This document shows positions 59,478 through 64,000 of a stretch of 64,000 nucleotides of DNA, one piece after another. Position numbers and translations under genes: made by a program. Source of the DNA: Dimorphilus gyrociliatus (lineage: Eukaryota > Animalia > Annelida); the NCBI GenBank assembly GCA_904063045.1, contig CAJFCJ010000001.1:992001-1056000 (forward strand), given 5' to 3'. Within the stretch, counting starts at the first letter, position 1, and every line of letters starts with the position of its first letter. The notes below the pieces were generated by a model, which did not search any database, was not told the DNA's origin, and saw only the letters and a list, made by a program, of their open reading frames with translations.

Positions 59478-62400
59478 TTAAGTTAATGGCTCCTTTTCCT
59501 GGGATGTCAGATTGATTGATTCGAAAGGATTTGATTTTGTCTGAAAAAGAAAATATGAAATAAATTAGTGATCATTAAATTCTATTTAATATCTATAGAA
59601 TATAATACAATCTAAGAGAGAAGAATCAATTTAACAATATTAATAAAGCCGTCTCTTTCCAAATCTATCCCCTCACCAGTTCATTATTTTTATGTGCTAA
59701 AATGCGTGTTTAAACTCACTTCAAAAAACTCTTCGTACCGTCTAGCGACTTTCTTTTAATATTACATAGAATTTATATAGAAATTAGAGAAAATCTTTGA
59801 TATTTTCTTAATATAGTTTAGTTTTTTTTTCTTACTTTTAAACATGATTTGTACTTACTTTGCCTAAGAGTTTATTAAATATCCTTTTCCCTTTTCCTTC
59901 AACAATTTTTACGGAATCAAACTCTTCTTCTTCAGAAGAATCTAAAGCGCAAGTTTCTGGTGCTGGCATTTCGGCCTCATCGGAATTGGACCCTTTTTTT
60001 CCAATAAGCTTAGAATATTTATATTCAAGCTTTCTATTCTTTTTCCAACAATATATTAGCAAAGAACACAATAAAATGCCAGTGAAAAATATAAATCCAA
60101 CAGCTAAATATAACCATTTTGGAATTGGTGAACACGGCCGTGTTGTTTCTGGTGGGGCATCCTTCAAGAACAAGCAATGCTTGTCTCGAGCAATGTAGCT
60201 GACAAGCTGCTTCCTATTCTTACATTCACCTACGACTTCTTTGTAAGCATCACCCGTACACGCTGGACATGCACCAATTGATTTCCAGAGGAACATGAAT
60301 GTGCATCCATCAAACGTTCCAGAAAAACCTGCTGGAATTATCTCTCCTGGAATTTTTGAAGTAACGTCACACCTGTATAACATTAAGCTTCTTATAAAAA
60401 TTTCACTTTTAGCCTATTTCAAGCAAACCTTAAAATGACTATTGTATAACGTCCATTTTTACATTGATTACTTGAATGTTTACTATAAAAAGTAAAGTAG
60501 GTATCATCCTCGGGATTCTCAGGCAGGTCAAATCGAGCTTTTTTCATCTTATCTAACATGTTCATAGGCTTTGGATCGGATGATATATTCACTAAAATAT
60601 CACCCAAAGGTTTAGGTTGTGTGATAATAGGCGGTTCATTAGGTTTGCTTGTTGGTAAAACTGTCATTTGACACACACTTGATGAAACAGTTTCTTTTTC
60701 AAGCTGAAATTGAAAATTAATAATAAATACTTAATTAAAGCTTAAAAACAGCGGGAAAAGTCATTTAAAGCTTAAAGCTAATTTGATAAATCAGTGAAAA
60801 AACAAACAAATGTTAAAAATAAAAAGCAAGAGCTACTATGAAACTTAAAAGAACACCTTGTCTCATATAATAGATTAAAAAAAGCGTCTCTTAACCGAAC
60901 AAAAAATAACCAACAATTGCCTTTTTTTATGCGAGATATCTCAAATTTGTATCATATCTTCTACAAAATCAAAAAATTGATATCTATTGTGAGAAAGAAA
61001 AAAACACCACCTACACCCTCAATTTGATTTAAAGTGAAAACTCACAAACTCCTCTGTTTTGTTATCTACGTATTTAGTTTCCTCCTAAATTTTTTATAAT
61101 ATAATTTTTTACATAATTTTTAAAATTAGGCAGATTTTGTTTTTTTGCTATAAAAATTTCTTGAAATAATCAAGTTTTTCTTCTTTTAATAATCAAGTTT
61201 TACCTTGTGCAATCCCAAAAGATCCTATATAAACGTACATATATATGTTTATATCATGTACTTATAATAATACTATATATGTTTAATAATAATAAGAAAA
61301 AGTAATAAAAAGTATACTACACACCTCTGAAGAAAACTGGAAATTATCACTACATGTGGCTGGCTTTCCTATATTGTCCGAACATAAACTTATATTATAT
61401 GTATAGTAGAAACTGATATAGGGAGTAAATAGTTTCTCCCCTTTTACTTCTATTGGTTTTGATGCCATTTTGGTAAAGTCATATATTTTACCATTATGCT
61501 TTTGAAACTTGCAAGTTGTTACGCACTTTAGTCCATCAATTGATTTTAACCCTTCGGCACAGGGAGCACAAACAGATTCACCCTTTTTATTAGTGATAAC
61601 AATGTTGTTTTCAGGACAAGGTTTACATTCTGTACCATTGGATATCACCTGACCTGGTGGGCATTGATCACATATTGCGTTCTTCACGTCCTTAATTGTA
61701 CAATTAGAGCATCGTGTTGCACCGCCATTAATAACATTTGTAATACGAATCTGATAGATTCTCGCATAATCACTGGGTGTACTCTTTTGAAATGCCCACA
61801 TTAATGTAGGATATTGTTCGCTGTTCAAGCGGGAAGAATGAGTTGTCTTTGTTTTTGAAGGTGCCAACTTTTCGGAAAGTCCTCTACGAGTAAAATTATT
61901 CAATGTCATAAAGAGGAAGTTGCAATTTTCTTCGCAAGATGTGTCGTATGTTATTTCTATATTACTGTAAATGGTTTCCCCAGCCAATATTTTTGGCTCG
62001 GCAAAACCGAAAACTTTGATTGTCAGGATTGAGTATGTATCATAACCATTTTTGTCCGTAGTTTTCATAAAATCTCCATTCGATTTCCAAGAAATGTTAC
62101 TGCGGCAAAATGATAAACTAGTATCCAAACAGGATGTTGACATATTTATTCCTTTTGATATAGAATCGAAATTTTGAATAATTAACTGCTTATCACCGAG
62201 TTTTTTAGTGGATGGACACTTAATACATGGACCAGAGCCATTTTCACTGTAATAGCCATTTGAGCAAAATTGGCAAATTCCATTGACCAATTCCATTCCA
62301 GGATTACAAGGTGGACAGTCTTGATTAGTTTTAGTCTCAGGTAGAGCGACCGAATCTTTATGTTCACTATTACATATTTTTGGTTCTAACCAGGCATATC

Positions 62401-63698
62401 TAAGTTCTGTTTTGTTCTAAGAAAACACAAAAACAGACAGTTACAAATTTCAAATTACTGATAGTCAAATTACTTATTTCTTCTCACCTGTTTACAGACG
62501 GGATCGACCATTTTATAGTCGTCTTCTCTACACGGTAATTTCTTAATACATTTGGTATGTCCTTCGAAGGAATAGCTATCTTTTTCACAATCTTGGCACG
62601 AAATTGATCCAAGATTGTCAGAAAAGGTATTGATAGGGCAAGGTTTGCATCCTACAGATTTTGGTTGATCGGAGTAGCTGCCCGCTGGACAATCGGTACA
62701 CTCACTGACAAATGCGAGACCAGTAATTTCAATGGATTGTATAAAGATGGAATGTTGCAACTCATCGCTTCTAGAATCTAAAGGTACTACTTTCCATGTC
62801 AAAAAATTCAAACCTGGATTTAATCTAACAGTCTGTGAGACCCAATAGCTTGAACGTGTCAGTGACTTTCTTTGATCATTTTGCCTCTGACACATTTGAT
62901 TAGTAACCGAAAATGCGAAATAAGCTGTAGTAGCTGTATCATAGAGATATCTGAAGGTGACGCTCCCCTCTTTTACCAAATTGGCAACGTAGGTTAAACG
63001 TATCATGCAGGAATCTGGTTGCGCTACTATATAATCTTTTTTACCAATCCAACCAGCAGATTTCGGACAAGTAGTATTCTCCTCCTAGATATTATTGAAA
63101 CATTAAATATTATATATAGAATAATAAATTTTCAACTAACAGCGTCAAAATTGGCAAAGTATTCCACTTTAATGTCGAAATCTTTAGGAATTTCATTCCA
63201 TGTATCGTATCTCTTTCCACCATCTAAAGAATAGCTGCCTTGTGTGCAATCTTTACATTTTTGAATATCTTTATCTAAATATTGTCCCGGTTTACATCTA
63301 ACATCTATACAATAAAGGATGTTTATAATGACAAGAAATCGCCTTGTTTAAGTTCTTTATTGAACTACTTCTACTTACTACAATCGGGTGCTCTTTCTGG
63401 AGGTTGAGGACTACCCCCTGTACATTTGTCAAATTCAGGTACTTGAACTCTCCAACGTTTTCCTTGGGAATCACATTCTGTATATTCATAATGAAAGTCC
63501 GAGTTCTGTTTAATAAATATCATTCGTATTATACCATAAATTACTTGCAGGTTATGTTTTTAAAACACGCTTGACTGAAGTAGTTATAAAGAATATAATA
63601 TATTCAATACTTACTGGTTTACACTGCGGTAAATTGGCTTTCACGTAACATATATTTAATAAAATGAGGAAGATGTACACGAATCTTGCTAAAATCAT
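59478..63698 (-). CDS. ELAPOR: Endosome/lysosome-associated apoptosis and autophagy regulator (UPF0577/KIAA1324 family)
   Basis: Signal peptide MILARFVYIFLILL..., DFHYEYTECDSQGKRWRV, CKPGQYLDKDIQKCKDC, Cys-rich repeats, M6PR-like region, FLWKSIGACP, TM, and tail KLEYKYSKLI...ETCALDSSEEE. Stop at 59478. Confidence 0.93.
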
Positions 63699-64000
63699 TG
63701 TAAAGACTTGTACATACAAATGTACGGAATGGTTTAACTCTTAAATATCGTCGTATAATCCAAAATAACTACGATATATTGTCAGATCTAAAGTTCGATG
63801 TATAATACCCTATTTCCGAGCATGAACAGTCTGTTACAATATTTATAGATGTCGCACACTACCTTTCAATTCACACAATACATATGGCGTCACAGTGAAA
63901 TACGTGTGTTTTATTATCTATAGATCAGATGTTGTTTCCCAACAAAATTTCAAAATGGCGTAAATACAAAGATATTTTTTATACTAAAAAGAAAAAACTA

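Noticed and set aside
1-64000. CRISPR arrays, prophage, prokaryotic operons, tRNA/rRNA genes, transposase or RT ORFs, in-frame selenocysteine or readthrough stops
   Set aside because: None was seen. The window is spliced animal genomic DNA, and all long ORFs are explained by host genes.

Overview
This is a very gene-dense, AT-rich eukaryotic (animal) window under the standard genetic code, with most introns about 50-110 nt. I found no prokaryotic features, recognisable transposon, CRISPR array, tRNA or rRNA. About 18 spliced protein-coding genes are packed into 64 kb. In order: DUF4537/VWA (VWA3B/C11orf16-like) (-), TBC1D20 (-), HLCS (+), DGAT1 (-), BBS2 (-), COPE (+), NPHP3 (+), PCCA (-), GEMIN8 (+), GINS1 (-), MEGF8 (+), WIPF/verprolin (+), an intronless signal-peptide non-RD kinase (+), UBE2V (-), an uncharacterised HEAT/ARM-like protein (+), a 4xTSP1 single-pass membrane protein (-), bestrophin (-) and ELAPOR/KIAA1324 (-). 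The compactness and gene content suggest a miniaturised invertebrate genome such as the annelid Dimorphilus gyrociliatus; this is inference and was not verified. The main highlights are: (1) an intronless kinase with an N-terminal signal/anchor peptide and intact catalytic motifs, squeezed between WIP and UBE2V; (2) many of the rare long introns hide frame-preserving 12-36 nt candidate microexons (BBS2, MEGF8, three in the HEAT gene, ELAPOR); (3) a second, alternative N-terminus for DGAT1 appears to be encoded in its first intron; and (4) there are two uncharacterised proteins (HEAT-like with an acidic DWDDW motif, and a TSP1 receptor-like protein). All gene models, exon boundaries and protein-family calls were made by eye without database searches.
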